DNA from: Botryllus schlosseri
Lineage: Eukaryota
Direction: 5' to 3'
DNA length: 64,000 bases
Assembly: GCA_051294905.1 (NCBI GenBank)
Contig: CM119374.1
Location: 18,600,001-18,664,000, forward strand
Shown: positions 1-12,200 of the stretch, piece by piece
Numbering within the stretch: the first letter of the stretch is position 1
Layout of the letters: each line of letters opens with the position of its first letter
The notes under the pieces: generated by a model
Databases searched by the model: none
The model's input: the letters and a program-made list of their open reading frames with translations, nothing else
What the model was told of the DNA's origin: nothing
Made by a program: the position numbers and the translations under genes

Positions 1-1249
1 CAATGCATTATTGCGACGATTTGACGAAACCTTGCAAATTGAAAGCAATCCTCAGAGTTTTCTCTTCCTTCGTCGTACAGGCCTATAGCCTATAGGCTAT
101 AAGTGTTTATTTGGTAAAGACAGGCCGTATCTCAGGATCGTATCGTGTCCTGACGATTGTGTTGGCTTATCCATTCAAGGGAGTGGGCATCTTCATGGCT
201 TCAGTAAGAGCAAATGGTCAACAAATGTTGTGGCCATATACTGTACTGGAAGTCAGCCATTGGCAGTTCACAACAGTGCATTTCTGTTGAAGTATAATTC
301 CAGTACTGTAGCATTAAGGTGCCATTCATTAACAAACATATGCCTGTCTTGATTTACTAGACATGTAACTGATGAATAGTATCTGTAACAAGAGATTGGA
401 TTCAAAAGTTGTTATGGACACTTACAACTGCAACGACCTTGACGTGTTGTGTTTGTATTAGATTCAAATGTTTGGTTATCCTTATTTGAAATGCCTCTTG
501 AATCTTGCACATCCGTAGTGTACTCATGCAGTGGCTCCAATTCTTACTAAGAATAATCAAGCAATGATCTGGAATACTGGTAAGCCTGCAATAGGCTACC
601 AGCACTACCTGCATATTCACATATTAATCCATAGCACAAGATCTTAACTGACGAAGTCCCTCCTAACGGTCGCCTTCATAGCTCACACGGCACAGTGTAA
701 ATGTACACTTGTACTTGTACAATGTACAGCCTTGGATGGTATGGTGACATACATTCGCATAACATACCGGTAAATGAAAAACATACCGCAAGGCGTAATC
801 TAAATCATACTGCGGATATCAATGTTAACGTTAATTATTCTACATTTTGTTATTTTCTCACGATTATCAGCGCAGCAAAACATGTTACATAAGATACTAC
901 AGAAGCAGAGATATTCCGAAGCCGAGTAAATGACCGTACCGGCATACCGCTCAATTGCTGCTGAAGGAATAGGGCTAATACCGCAAAGTTTCAGACTACC
1001 TGAACATCTCATAACCTAGTTAACGTATAGCTTTATATAAGAACATAAACATGAATATTATATGCCCCTACCGCTCTCAAAAACTTGAAATTACACACAG
1101 ATGAAGCGGCTGACTGGAACGTGCATCAAAACTGAATGCGTGAATCCGGACCTACTTAGGTAATGCCGCGATGACGCAATTGACGCAGTCAGCCATCCCG
1201 GAGTTCTATATATCCCTGGTACTGCTCCGCACTGCTTAGACATCATATC

Positions 1250-1441
1250 AGCCTGATTTCAACCAACTTGCAGCCCGGGTGGAGACGCGTCATATCGCCA
1301 CACAATAATAAACTTCGTTCGATAGCCTACATTTCATTGTGAAGTCCTAAGTACGTACTTTTGAATATCGGTGTTGTGGCTCTTTCTTAGCTAAAATTTT
1401 TGGTAAGCAGTTCGCTCATGAAGCAGGTCTGCCCACCCCTC
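1250..1441 (-). mobile_element. Partial copy of the hAT-type MITE family at 15411-15944
   Basis: The reverse complement (AGGGGTGGGCAGACCTGCTTCATG...AGAGCCACAACAC...GAAGTTTATTATTGTGTGGCGATATGACGCGTCTCCAC) aligns with ~15412-15590. The other end was not located. Confidence 0.65.
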
Positions 1442-1490
1442 ATATAGTATAGCACAAGAAATAACGACATCCGGACAGTTTATCACTTAC

Positions 1491-4400
1491 CCCAAGAATA
1501 TACGGTGCCGTCGTTGGCAATAGCCAGAGAGTGGTTTGCCGTGCATCCGCTGATGACTTTCGAAAACTTTACGTCCAGAAGTGCGGAATAGCGATGAGGC
1601 TTAAATAGGTTTCTGCCGACCTTTGCATTCTTTTCTGCAGGAGAAAACATCAGATTTCGATGTGATAACGTCATTGATGCTTATAGCAAATACAAAAAAT
1701 ATCCAAACATCAAGAAATAATTTCTGTGTACTAATTCGGTGCTGACGCGTCTTTATGTAATGAACTCACGATTAGCATAGTAACCTTACCACCGGCAACG
1801 GAAGCGTATCAAAGCAGACACTGCCTTCGTCTTGACTTATTACCCCCTGTCTAATTACACACATGTATAATACATAGCCTGTGACGGTTTGTATACATAT
1901 CCAGTTTGAAAAGAAATTGATTTATTCAGTTTAATCTGATAGTGCTCTTTACTTTCTCAGAATGACAGCTCATTATAATCTACTCCTTGTATATATCTGC
2001 GTCAACTACCTGACATACTACCCAACCATTGTAAGGACTATTCGCTCTCAACCTCCCAATGATCACAGCATTACTTTATGTATGTTAACTACAGCTTGTT
2101 GACTGATTATAATGAATATGCAAGCACCTAACATGCAGGATTTATTCAGGGATTCTTACAAAACATTGATTCACAGACACTCAGACAGGTGCCAGAACAC
2201 ACATTCTGTAACATCACACCACATCAGTATTGTTTTGAGACACGAAAACATATAAACAGAACATTTTCATTCATAGGTCAAATTATGCGCGAAGTTTGAG
2301 TAGCTGGTCTTTCTACAACCATTTGTGTTATAACGTCTTCCATTGAATTACTCCCGGCATGCCTCACATCACTAATTGTTCTGCAAAAATACGAAATAAC
2401 AAATTCTGATGGTGCTGGCACATGTGACACATTGATCAGAGATGACTGCACTTTTACTGAAGAAAACATTTCACTTCATAAGATATGAAATACATACACA
2501 AAACAGGCACTTGTGCTGATTAAACTGCTGAGCTATAAGTAGTGCAGTAGGCCCTATATGAATAAAAGGTCATCAAAGAGTAGCGTCAAACGAAGCAGTT
2601 TGCCTGAAACGATTTCAAGTCCATGAAGAGTTCTCTTACTGTGAGGATCAATCAGTAAACCTCTTCAAGAAGTGACTTGAAAAACCTATTCTTCCCCACA
2701 CCTGCACACAACAGCACGCATGTCGCCCATAAATCCTCTCCATGAGGCATCTATTTGCGAGTAAAACCACTTGGCAGTAACATGAAATAGAGTGGCAAGG
2801 TAAAAAAAGGTATAGAAACGATTGCTTAACGGTCAATCTTATCGATTCTTAGGTTTCAACTAAATGCATTCATGGTTTAACAACATATATAAAGCTGCTT
2901 TTCAAGTGACAACATTTGCGTTGTAAAAGAATCGGATCGATTTTGCACCGTACTTGACAAAAATATGATTTAACGCAATTGGAGGAAATGCAATGGTCTT
3001 TTGACAAAAGAAAAAACAATAAAATTCAAAGATCTACTCATATGTAAGGCACATTTTTCCATTAGTACCGAAGAAGTTGCTTCAGTTCAGATATGAAACT
3101 ATAATTGTATAATATATAAAGAAACACAACATAACGTCGTGGGAAATTATAGCACTTGAAAACGGTTAGATTTGAGCGCGTACTCAATTTCATTAATGCG
3201 ATCCTTCTCTATTGGGTCGCAGAACATGCCGCGATACTCTGACTTAGAACGAAACATGATCCATATCAATATCAACAAGTTGAAGATCTGTTTCCAAAGC
3301 AGGCAAATTTTCATACCAAAATCTTTTGCGATTTGGGAAAATATAATTTGGATCAAAAAATTCAGCAAAGTCACCATTTTCATGACACGTTATCACACTG
3401 ACATCCCGCGACGATCCATTAAACGCTATTTCAAGTCAACCATGTAAGATCAGATGTCATCACAGTTCAGCGCTACCGACAGAGCGCTCCAGTCACGTAT
3501 TCGATATTACGTGCCAAAGCGCTGGACCTTGTCAGCTCGTAAAATTTGCGTTCGCCATTCTGCGCGACTGCAACTGTTGCGTTTTCAACTCGTAGTAAAT
3601 CCGTTGCTGCTTCGCGGCAAGAAACTGCTCGCCGGCGACTTTCATTTGCATCTCAATCAATTCCATCTGTCTACTCAAAAGTGATTCTTGCCCGTGATTA
3701 TCGAGTCCCATACTAGAACTGCAATATTCGTGAGAAAGCGAGCGTCTCGACGAGTTCGCACTCTGCGGTATCGGCATTTCACAATTCGTTTGGTGGCTGA
3801 AAATTGATTCGCGTTCTGCTGGTTCAAAACGGGCGTCGGTAATCTCATTCAGACTAGCGACAGACGCCAGCGTCGGTGGCTGGTTTTTCACATGTTCGTT
3901 CATATAAGACTCCTCTATTCCTGTATCGTCTGCCGAAAACGAGGTTGCGCTCAAAGGCGCACGAGGCGATGGTAGGTGCAGTGCCTTTTGAGATGGCGGT
4001 AACGGTGCCTTGCTGGACTTTTCTAAAATGAAAAGCGGTCGTTGGTGCCAAGTCGATATTAGCGTAGTCAGGCACTAGCGAGTGACAAAGCAGAATGTAA
4101 AAACTATCTTGGCCAAATCGCGAATACCAGCTACTTTCAACCAAATCGCAACACATGCAATGAACATATCAATTACGTTAAATTCAGTGAGCGTTTATCG
4201 AGGTACAACATAAACAGGTATTCAGAAAACATTTCTATTGTGCCCCGATCGGTATCGACAAACCAAGCAGTAACTGAGGTTTTGAGATTCGCAAATCAAG
4301 CCAGATCTTTGCAAAAAGAGCGTAAGCTTCACATCCTCACGGTTTTTCTATGTGATGCATCTCAACTTTTGTTATATCAGTGAAATATTTCTTTCTTCAG

Positions 4401-7400
4401 TTATGGCTGATAATAAACACACAGACATCACTCGACCGCGACATACAATGCGGTCTGCTACACTTGAGAATATGTTCAATAGTTCAAAGCTTAATCACGT
4501 TACCTCAACCTTTTTCTTTATTATTAATAATTTCTATATTTTCAAAACATCACAAGATTGAGATACGATGAGCGATGTAAATAACTATTAGTTTACAATA
4601 AACTAATGGACTCTAACTAGCACTGTGTGGGATATATTACTGGATACAAAATCAAAGGCTTTTCAAACACTCAATTCATCGGAGAGTCGTCAGATACTCA
4701 CTTCGCAATCCCGGCAGGCTCTTGAAATTGCACTTTTCGTCAGCCCCAACCGATATCGGCCCCAGCAAGTCAGAAAACTTCTGCTCCTGCAGCGATAGCC
4801 TAACCCGTTGATTTCCCGTCTGGCTCTGAGTCGTTTTCCACTTGATACGCGTCCGAAAGTTGTTAATCGTCTTTCTAATTTGCTTGTCTGTCCGGTAGAC
4901 GCCGCGCTCGTGGTATATCCTTAAAAGACTCTCCATGTCGGATTTCTTTGCGGCCTTAACGTCCGGGGCGCAGCTTATCGACAGCAGCGAACGGTTCCGC
5001 GACAGAAAGTCGACAAGAATGTCCTCGCCATCTGTGGACGACAAAGGACCTTTGCTACCCGGTGTCCGCTCCAATCCTATTTTTATCGATAAAACCTGAG
5101 ACAACATTACAAGCGCTCTGTCGGGGCCAGTAGGCCATACTCTCTTCGGTGCCATTTGATTCAAGGCGAAACGAGTTATTCCGCACAATAATCCAATAGG
5201 TATAGGCATATCCTGACATACACTCATGGAGTAGTGCATTCAGCACTTGGCGACTTTAGCACTTGGTGGCACTTAATCCTAACCTAACCCGAATAGATTA
5301 CCGTAATTTTCTATGTATATAGTACTCGTGTACAATACGCACTCGTGTATAATACGCACAATGGCATACCAAAACTGGAAAAAAGCCTGCACCCACATAT
5401 AATATGCACCCCTGTACGAGCAGGTAATTTAGCAAGAGTCTGACGTGAGAGCATTGTGAGTATTGATGAGTATTGAGTATATGAGATGTTATACACTAAA
5501 TATATAAAGAAGGAAATACAGCAGTAAATCAACGGGCAATATGACCAATGTAACGATCAGGAAGGTGATATCATGCTGCATGCTAAGCATGTTACGTATT
5601 AGATTCGAGCAGTACTAAGAACAAGTGTATTCAGTTTTCAGATGTATTGGTATTACGGCGTAATCATTATACAAAACGAGCTTATGTTTTACTCTAATAT
5701 GACACAATCATCCATCCATATATTTCTGCAGCAAGTCGGAAGCATTTTCAGTTTTGAGACCGCAACACCAACCTTTGCATCAGAGGTATGTGACAATTCA
5801 TTAACAGGAATGGATAGTTCAGTAAATTGTCATTTAACACTAATCCTAAGACGTACCACAGGGATGGTTACCAGGAAGACAAAGGACTCCCTATAATTGA
5901 TACGCTCATAGGCAAGTAATCAATTTTCTATACATACATATTATAAATTAGTGACAAATTTAGTAAATTGGCATTGTATGCTAACCTAGAGGCATACAAA
6001 GACGAAGACCAACAATGGTGCCGAGGAGACAACAGACTCACAAGCAAGAAAATCGTTTCCCGTACCGGTATAATATACATTATAAAATATTCTACGGCAT
6101 AGCACTACAACTGCTGTATTGTGGTTCACAATTGCATAGGGAAGAACATGAGTGGCAGCTATTTTTGCTGTCCAGTGTCCACCTTCAACTGACATATATA
6201 CTAAAACATGTTCCCGTCACCTTAATTGATTCTCAACAATGTTATAATTTCTTGGTGAAATTAAGACCCCCAAAGATGCATGCAAGATGCCAACGGTATC
6301 AACCATCACACAGAAGAGTGTCTTTCATAAACATGTGGTGTAGGCCTATATAGTTTCTTTTAATAAACAAGAATATGAATATACTGTAATGTATTTATGT
6401 GCGGTACATCATCAGTGAATAGCAATATCACACCCACTACACTAATTTATCACACTTAAGCATGATTAACACCATAATCCAAATCACAAGTGACAGAGAT
6501 ATATAAAACTAAACCCTTTGAATAATCACAGCAGTCTGAGCAAAAAGCCTGTACGTAATTTCAGACATCTGAATTATGATGCCATTATCCGTTAGGAGTA
6601 CAGTTGCCATAAGAATAACCTTACATACCAGTGCTCTTTTGTCATTTAAAATATTCTTCATAAAAATCAATACTTCCAACTAACTGATATTCTGTGGACT
6701 CCTAGATCACTTTGAATTCATTATGCATAAACATCAAGCAATATCAGCAGTTACACATGCAGCACCATTATATATATATACCAGTATTGTTTGTGTTACA
6801 CTGGAGCCGAACCTTGGCTGCTGTTAATTGGTATAGGCTAATGATTAGTACTCTGATTGCGTTTATTTAATTGCCTTATATAACGACTACTCCTGGTGTT
6901 GGACCATCTCTTCTGCAATGAACGTTTTTCGTGTGCTGACACTGTTTCGTCGCGCAACAAGGAATACAGACTCTGTATCTTGGCGATAACATTAGATAGG
7001 TGATTTACCTACTAATGCAAATGCAAAGAATAATACCACTCCCAACCAAGTTGGCCACATATTTATTATGGCTAAATGAGAAATAGTTTAGTCACCCGGC
7101 TGTAAAGTATCACGAAAATTTACAAAGTCAAATGAAACCAGATTGACCTACCATCGCCTTTTCTTGGCTTCTTTCTACCATTGAGACTCCAATTTGTTCC
7201 ACCACAGATCAGAAGGACTCCATCCTCATCAGGAACTGGTATATTCTGCAAGATAAGATAAAGGCGTTATGGTACATGCACTGCAAATTAGAGTGGGGAT
7301 ATATCAATTACACCAAATACCTTCAGGCAATATGTCGATCTAGTACTCTAGTGAGTTGCATCCCGGCAATGTATCAATTATAGTTATGATTTTCGTGATA

Positions 7401-9886
7401 TCAGTTTACAAGTGTGATGCTGAGCGAGCACAAACCTCATAGCGTATATAGTTTCCTGCCAAGACTGTTTGTGTTAAGAAATATTCAAAACATGAACGTT
7501 TGGTTGAATAACCAATAAAGCAATGCATTGTAAATACCAAATCCAAATTATGCCAATCATATGTTATTAAAACGCGTATCAAAATTATAACAAAACACAA
7601 ATGCTGCAATAGGCACTAATTGTATTTATGATCAAGTAGTCCTATAAGTTAGCTGCAGTGTAATTCTCTTATTTATTGCAATAAAGATCCAGTGATAGCT
7701 TTGACACAGAAAAATTACCCATTCAAAACATAATTTGAACAATAATAGTTCTGCAATATAGGTCGCAAACAGCTACTAAATTTATCCAATATTGGTATGT
7801 GGTTGCGATAACAACACCACTCATGAAAGCGTCAGGTCTATCCATAAATGGATTACAAATGACAATATCAGAAAACCATTTTCAATTATGGAGCGGGAGA
7901 AGACATTGCGTAAGGCTTGCATTGCATTAATATCATGGATCTGCTAATGATTAATTATTTTCAGAGTGAGCTAAGTTGCATTAGTGAAATTTCTCTTCAG
8001 TTTTCTCTCACATATAATACCATGGCTAGTCGACATAACAAAAATGAGGACATGAGGACCGAGGGGTATCATGTTGGTTGAGCAGGTGCTCCAGAAACTT
8101 CATTGAGCACGAAATGACTATTCGTAGAGATCACGTTAACCCTTTATATTATAATTTAAAAATCCTGAAAATTGATGATATTTACAGATTTGAAGTCGGC
8201 ATTCTGATGCATAAGTTCTACAATAACACCCTACCTGACATTTTCTCAAACTACTTTACACCTATCAGTGAACATCATTCTCATTTTACAAGAGGTTCTG
8301 TTATGAATCTGTATTTACCTAAGTCCCATCACAAAACCATTGCCTATCAAGGTCCTCTAATATGGAACTCCATTCCTTCGCATATTAGGAGCAATTCTTT
8401 ATATGTATTTAAAACCATGTATCGTGCCTTCCTTATTGAATCATACAAAAGCTAAAATGTATTTTTAGTGTGAACTAGTACCGGTCAACATATCTTGTTT
8501 GCTTCAGACCAGTACACTTTATATTCTTTTCCTCCGTTTTTACTAACATGTGCTCTTACATTTATCCTGTCAATCTTACAATTCACTGTTGCAGTACGAT
8601 GTATGCAATTTATAGCCGATCTACTTCGATCAGCTGCAGTAGACTCGATGATCAACAGATCACTTCGCTGCAGCTTCATCTTTCAATCGTAAAACATATT
8701 GGCCAATTCTATGAACTGTATATCATATTCGTACACATCTCATTTGCTTTGAAATTGACACTGTCACCATTTTTTTGTATGTGTCCGTGATTCTGCAGTT
8801 TATGCTATTTTGTTGCCTGTTTTGTTATTTTGCGATGATGAATAAAAAATTCTCTCTCTCTCTCTTTCTCTCATGGCACAACAGTCCTCATTGCAGAATT
8901 TATAGATTGGTGACGGATATGATACAAAATACATTCCAGGTTGCAAGCAATTGCCTCTATATAATAAGCAGAAATAGCAATAGCTGAAATTGGTGACCCT
9001 AGTAATAACGACCATTTAAGAGTCCTATCCAGAACCTCGTGCCCCTATTTAATTGAAGTCCATAGAAAATGGCATGGCTCCATGCTGGGACAAGTAAGTG
9101 CACAATGTCACAGTTTGGTGACTATGGTCTATGGACGACTGGACGTGGACCCGATGATGATAATGAACACTGAACTGTGTCAGTCCCATTTTACAATTTC
9201 TGATGTAGGTCTATATACCACACTTGCCAGAGTAACATAGGCTCTTCTGCAACTTGCGATTTCTGTTGAAAATATCTCGAAATGGTGATACACAAAAACA
9301 AAACCTAAGCTATTGGCATTGGGATAAAATCTTGTTACGCTTTCCTTTTCTTGAAAAATTGCACCATTCGGATTGTGATGCTGACGGAAATCCAGTGTGA
9401 CAAAATCTACTTTCTTATGTGTGCTATTTACACTAGCATGAATAATATAATGGGTTCGATTGCCCGCCCGATCGGTACCGTAGCCTAATTGTCTGTGATA
9501 TTGTGTAAATGCAACCTGTGTCAGTCCATTCCAGTGGCCCAGTTGCATTACACCGATTAATGAATGAAACCGATGACCAAAGTGTGTTAGTGCACTGGTA
9601 CATGGCAAGATAGGATCAATATAGCTTTTAGCACCCTCGTCTAGACTTGAACGGTAGTGTGTAGTAGTGATTGGCCTAATCAAATACCGGACTATAGTCA
9701 TAGTCACATTGAATGAATGAACGCAATCTTCAAAAACCTTTCAGAAAGACTCACCATTAAATCAGCCTCGGAATTTGATATTTTTTCCTCGGGTTTTTCA
9801 TCCGATACCGAGTCCACTTTAACTCTCTTCCCTTCCGGCTCTTCGGTGGCCTGAACTTTCGCAGGATCGTTTTTTCTTCTAGGCAT
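1491..9886 (-). CDS. RCC2: RCC2 (TD-60)-like RCC1-repeat protein, 5' three exons; 3' part not found in window
   Basis: Exons 9886-9755 (MPRRKNDPAK...ADLM|gtgagt), 7245-7152 (NIPVPDEDGVLLICGGTNWSLNGRKKPRKGD) and 1634-1491 (EKNAKVGRNLFKPHRYSALLDVKFSKVISGCTANHSLAIANDGTVYSWG|gtaag). All GT-AG, with phases 0 and 1 consistent. The peptide matches recalled RCC2 motifs LLIxGxTNWxLxGRK and NLWGPHRY...VVSGxxAxHSL...WSWG. Confidence 0.85.
3532..5155 (-). CDS. Myb/SANT-like DNA-binding protein (MSANTD / Harbinger-associated type), 2 exons, ~314 aa, nested in RCC2 intron 2
   Basis: Exon 5155-4702 (MAPKRVW...LPGLR A|gtgagt) joins exon 4022-3532 (ttttag|AA AAG TCC...TGA) in phase 1. It has a trihelix-like segment (EDILVDFLSRNRSLL...RTDKQIRKTINNFRTRIK) followed by TGNQRVRLSLQEQKF, and a C-terminal coiled coil (RQMELIEMQMKVAGEQFLAAKQQRIYYELK). 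The start codon is the most plausible of several. Confidence 0.7.
8120..8872 (+). mobile_element. 5'-truncated CR1/L2-group non-LTR retrotransposon 3' end (ORF2 C-terminus, 3' UTR, (CT)n tail)
   Basis: ORF 8078-8455 contains HVNPLYYNLKILKIDDIY...LPDIFSNYF...HSHFTR...IAYQGPLIWNSIP, the typical post-RT tail of CR1/L2-type ORF2. It ends with AATAAA at ~8839 followed by a CT microsatellite at 8849-8872. The 5' boundary is approximate. Confidence 0.8.
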
Positions 9887-12200
9887 TTTCCCTCAATTTG
9901 TAGGATACGCAATATATTGAGCTAACGTCCAAACTGCCAAAACAGTACCGATATGATATGTATCGTTTTACCTGCCTAATCAATAATTAGGTAATTTCCG
10001 CGAGAATATCTACTACAGCTCGGGCGAAACAAAAACCTTCTCTCAATAAATACCTCAAAACATTATCAAATACCGCCGCCTATGGCTAACATATGCAGGA
10101 CAAAAAGCCCGCGTTTGTCCATTGAGCTATGTAATACAGAGATAGGCTGCAGGTAGCTGCGTTGTGATCGTACGTGGAGTTTGAGCTTTTCTAATGCTTT
10201 TATACTGATGGACGGGTAGAATTTGTTCAAAGCACTATTCAAACGAATGGTTCGCGGGGCCGATTATGTAACTCCTGCTCGAGTTTGACAGTTCTATCTA
10301 GGTCCCTCATCGTTACCATCTAGGATGGAAGCAGCAGGTCGTCAATTCAAAAATCAGCAGAATCCACTGAGCCGAATATCAAATATCAACATAAGATTCG
10401 ATGCACATTTAAAAAAGACGGACAAGAGAAGAGGTCAGTTGATATTGTTATCCACGCCGGGAAACGAATTACAGATTTCGTCGTTTCGCCGCAATAAGAG
10501 TGGCAACTTATACGGCGCCACTATACCTGCTTGTCACTGAACTCGATACAAACATTAAGCATGTGAACATGAACGAATTTCATTTAATCCTCACAATTTT
10601 CTGGCAGTCGCAAGGGGCACCTTATCATTACCACGGCGTCGTAACACAAAGAAAAAAAACCGTTGATGGAAGAGAGAGAGAGAGGCACAGAATATTCATT
10701 TGTGAACCATGCAAATCAATAACATACATGACAAAATGCAATTGGGCGAACCCAGGACCGAAATTGCCGCACCCCAAACCCAGTGGGGGGGGGGTGGTGA
10801 GCTCGAAGGAGGCCCGAAATTATTCCATGAATTAACACAAATTATAGAGTATTTTTATGAAAATTTATGCAACTTTGTCAATTTATTTTTCGTGCAACAC
10901 GCTATATAACGTCTCCAAATATGTTACAGGGATATCCCTGATATGCTATTTACTGGGTACCCCCCACGCACACAGGAAAAATACGCATTATTCATAGAAA
11001 CGGTCATTCAGACGTCGGCCATGACCGCGCCACGACGTATGAAGTTTTAGGCCATGTAACATGCGACTCCGAGAAGTGTGCCAGAGCGATCGGCAGCAAG
11101 AAAAGTTTGGCGGAAAAGAACTACCCTTATGCTGACCTTTCGATATATCTAATATACATACATGTTTAATTGTCCATAGGCGCCTTTATGTTCATGTCCT
11201 GGCAATATGAAGCATACAAGACAAGTGCCACCGCGCAGAGAATAATTATTAGCCATCAGTGAAGAAATAGCAATTTGAAATCGTATGTGTCTTTTAGTCT
11301 AGTACGTTTGGGCGATTTCAATATCTCTTGACGGAGCAGACATGAGGTCACCACATACCATCCTCCAATACGTCCATTGCATCGCACTGTACTGCGTCTT
11401 TGAGGGCATAAAAATTACAGAACCGCCGATTTAGCCTACTGATTGAACTGCTCTCAGAATATGGGCTTGGAAGAGCTTCAAAAATGTAAAAACACCAAGA
11501 TTGAACGCTCTTGTATCGGTTACGAATTGATGGAACACCTTATTTCGGTTCGACTCCTATCTGTTCATAAGATAGCATTCTGTCTTGAGCGGATGATTGC
11601 GATTCTACTCTTGCTCTCCTGTTCCCGTTGCTGCTGGGTATTACTAGAAACTAGCCCTGCTTCATCCCAGGTACCAGAGATCGCGAGATTCAGCGCATGG
11701 CCCATCACCCACACAAGCCAAAAAGCGACATTTCAATTTCATTTTGGCCTCTGTTCAAGCATTTTTTCGTTGATCATCTTGTTAAGACACTCAAAAAGTA
11801 CGTAGGACGCGACAACATCAAATAAGTATGCCAAACACTGTACTTCGGAAGGTGTGATTCTAACGGCTCATTACAAAACGAAATCACAGGCTAATTTTCA
11901 TGAATTCAGAAAGGGTATTTGTGTATCAAATAATAGAATGACTTTATAACGCATTCGTTACTCAAAAATACCACGTATTGGCGGTTATATGACAGCTCCG
12001 AGATGTCTGATACCCGATGGGAAAAATATCATCAATCGTCGACAAACTATACAGAAAAATTCATAGATTCGAAAAGAAAATAGAAAAAACAAGGCATCTG
12101 GCAGGTATTGTTTTGAACATTGCACTTCATCGCATAGAAACTCAATAATACATGAACGGTACAAAGTCGAGAAATATCGAAATGAAAGGAGATTCATTCA

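Noticed and set aside
1-1490. Next RCC2 exon (expected GRNEKGQLG-like)
   Set aside because: No matching phase-1 exon found by eye; presumed to lie left of the window.
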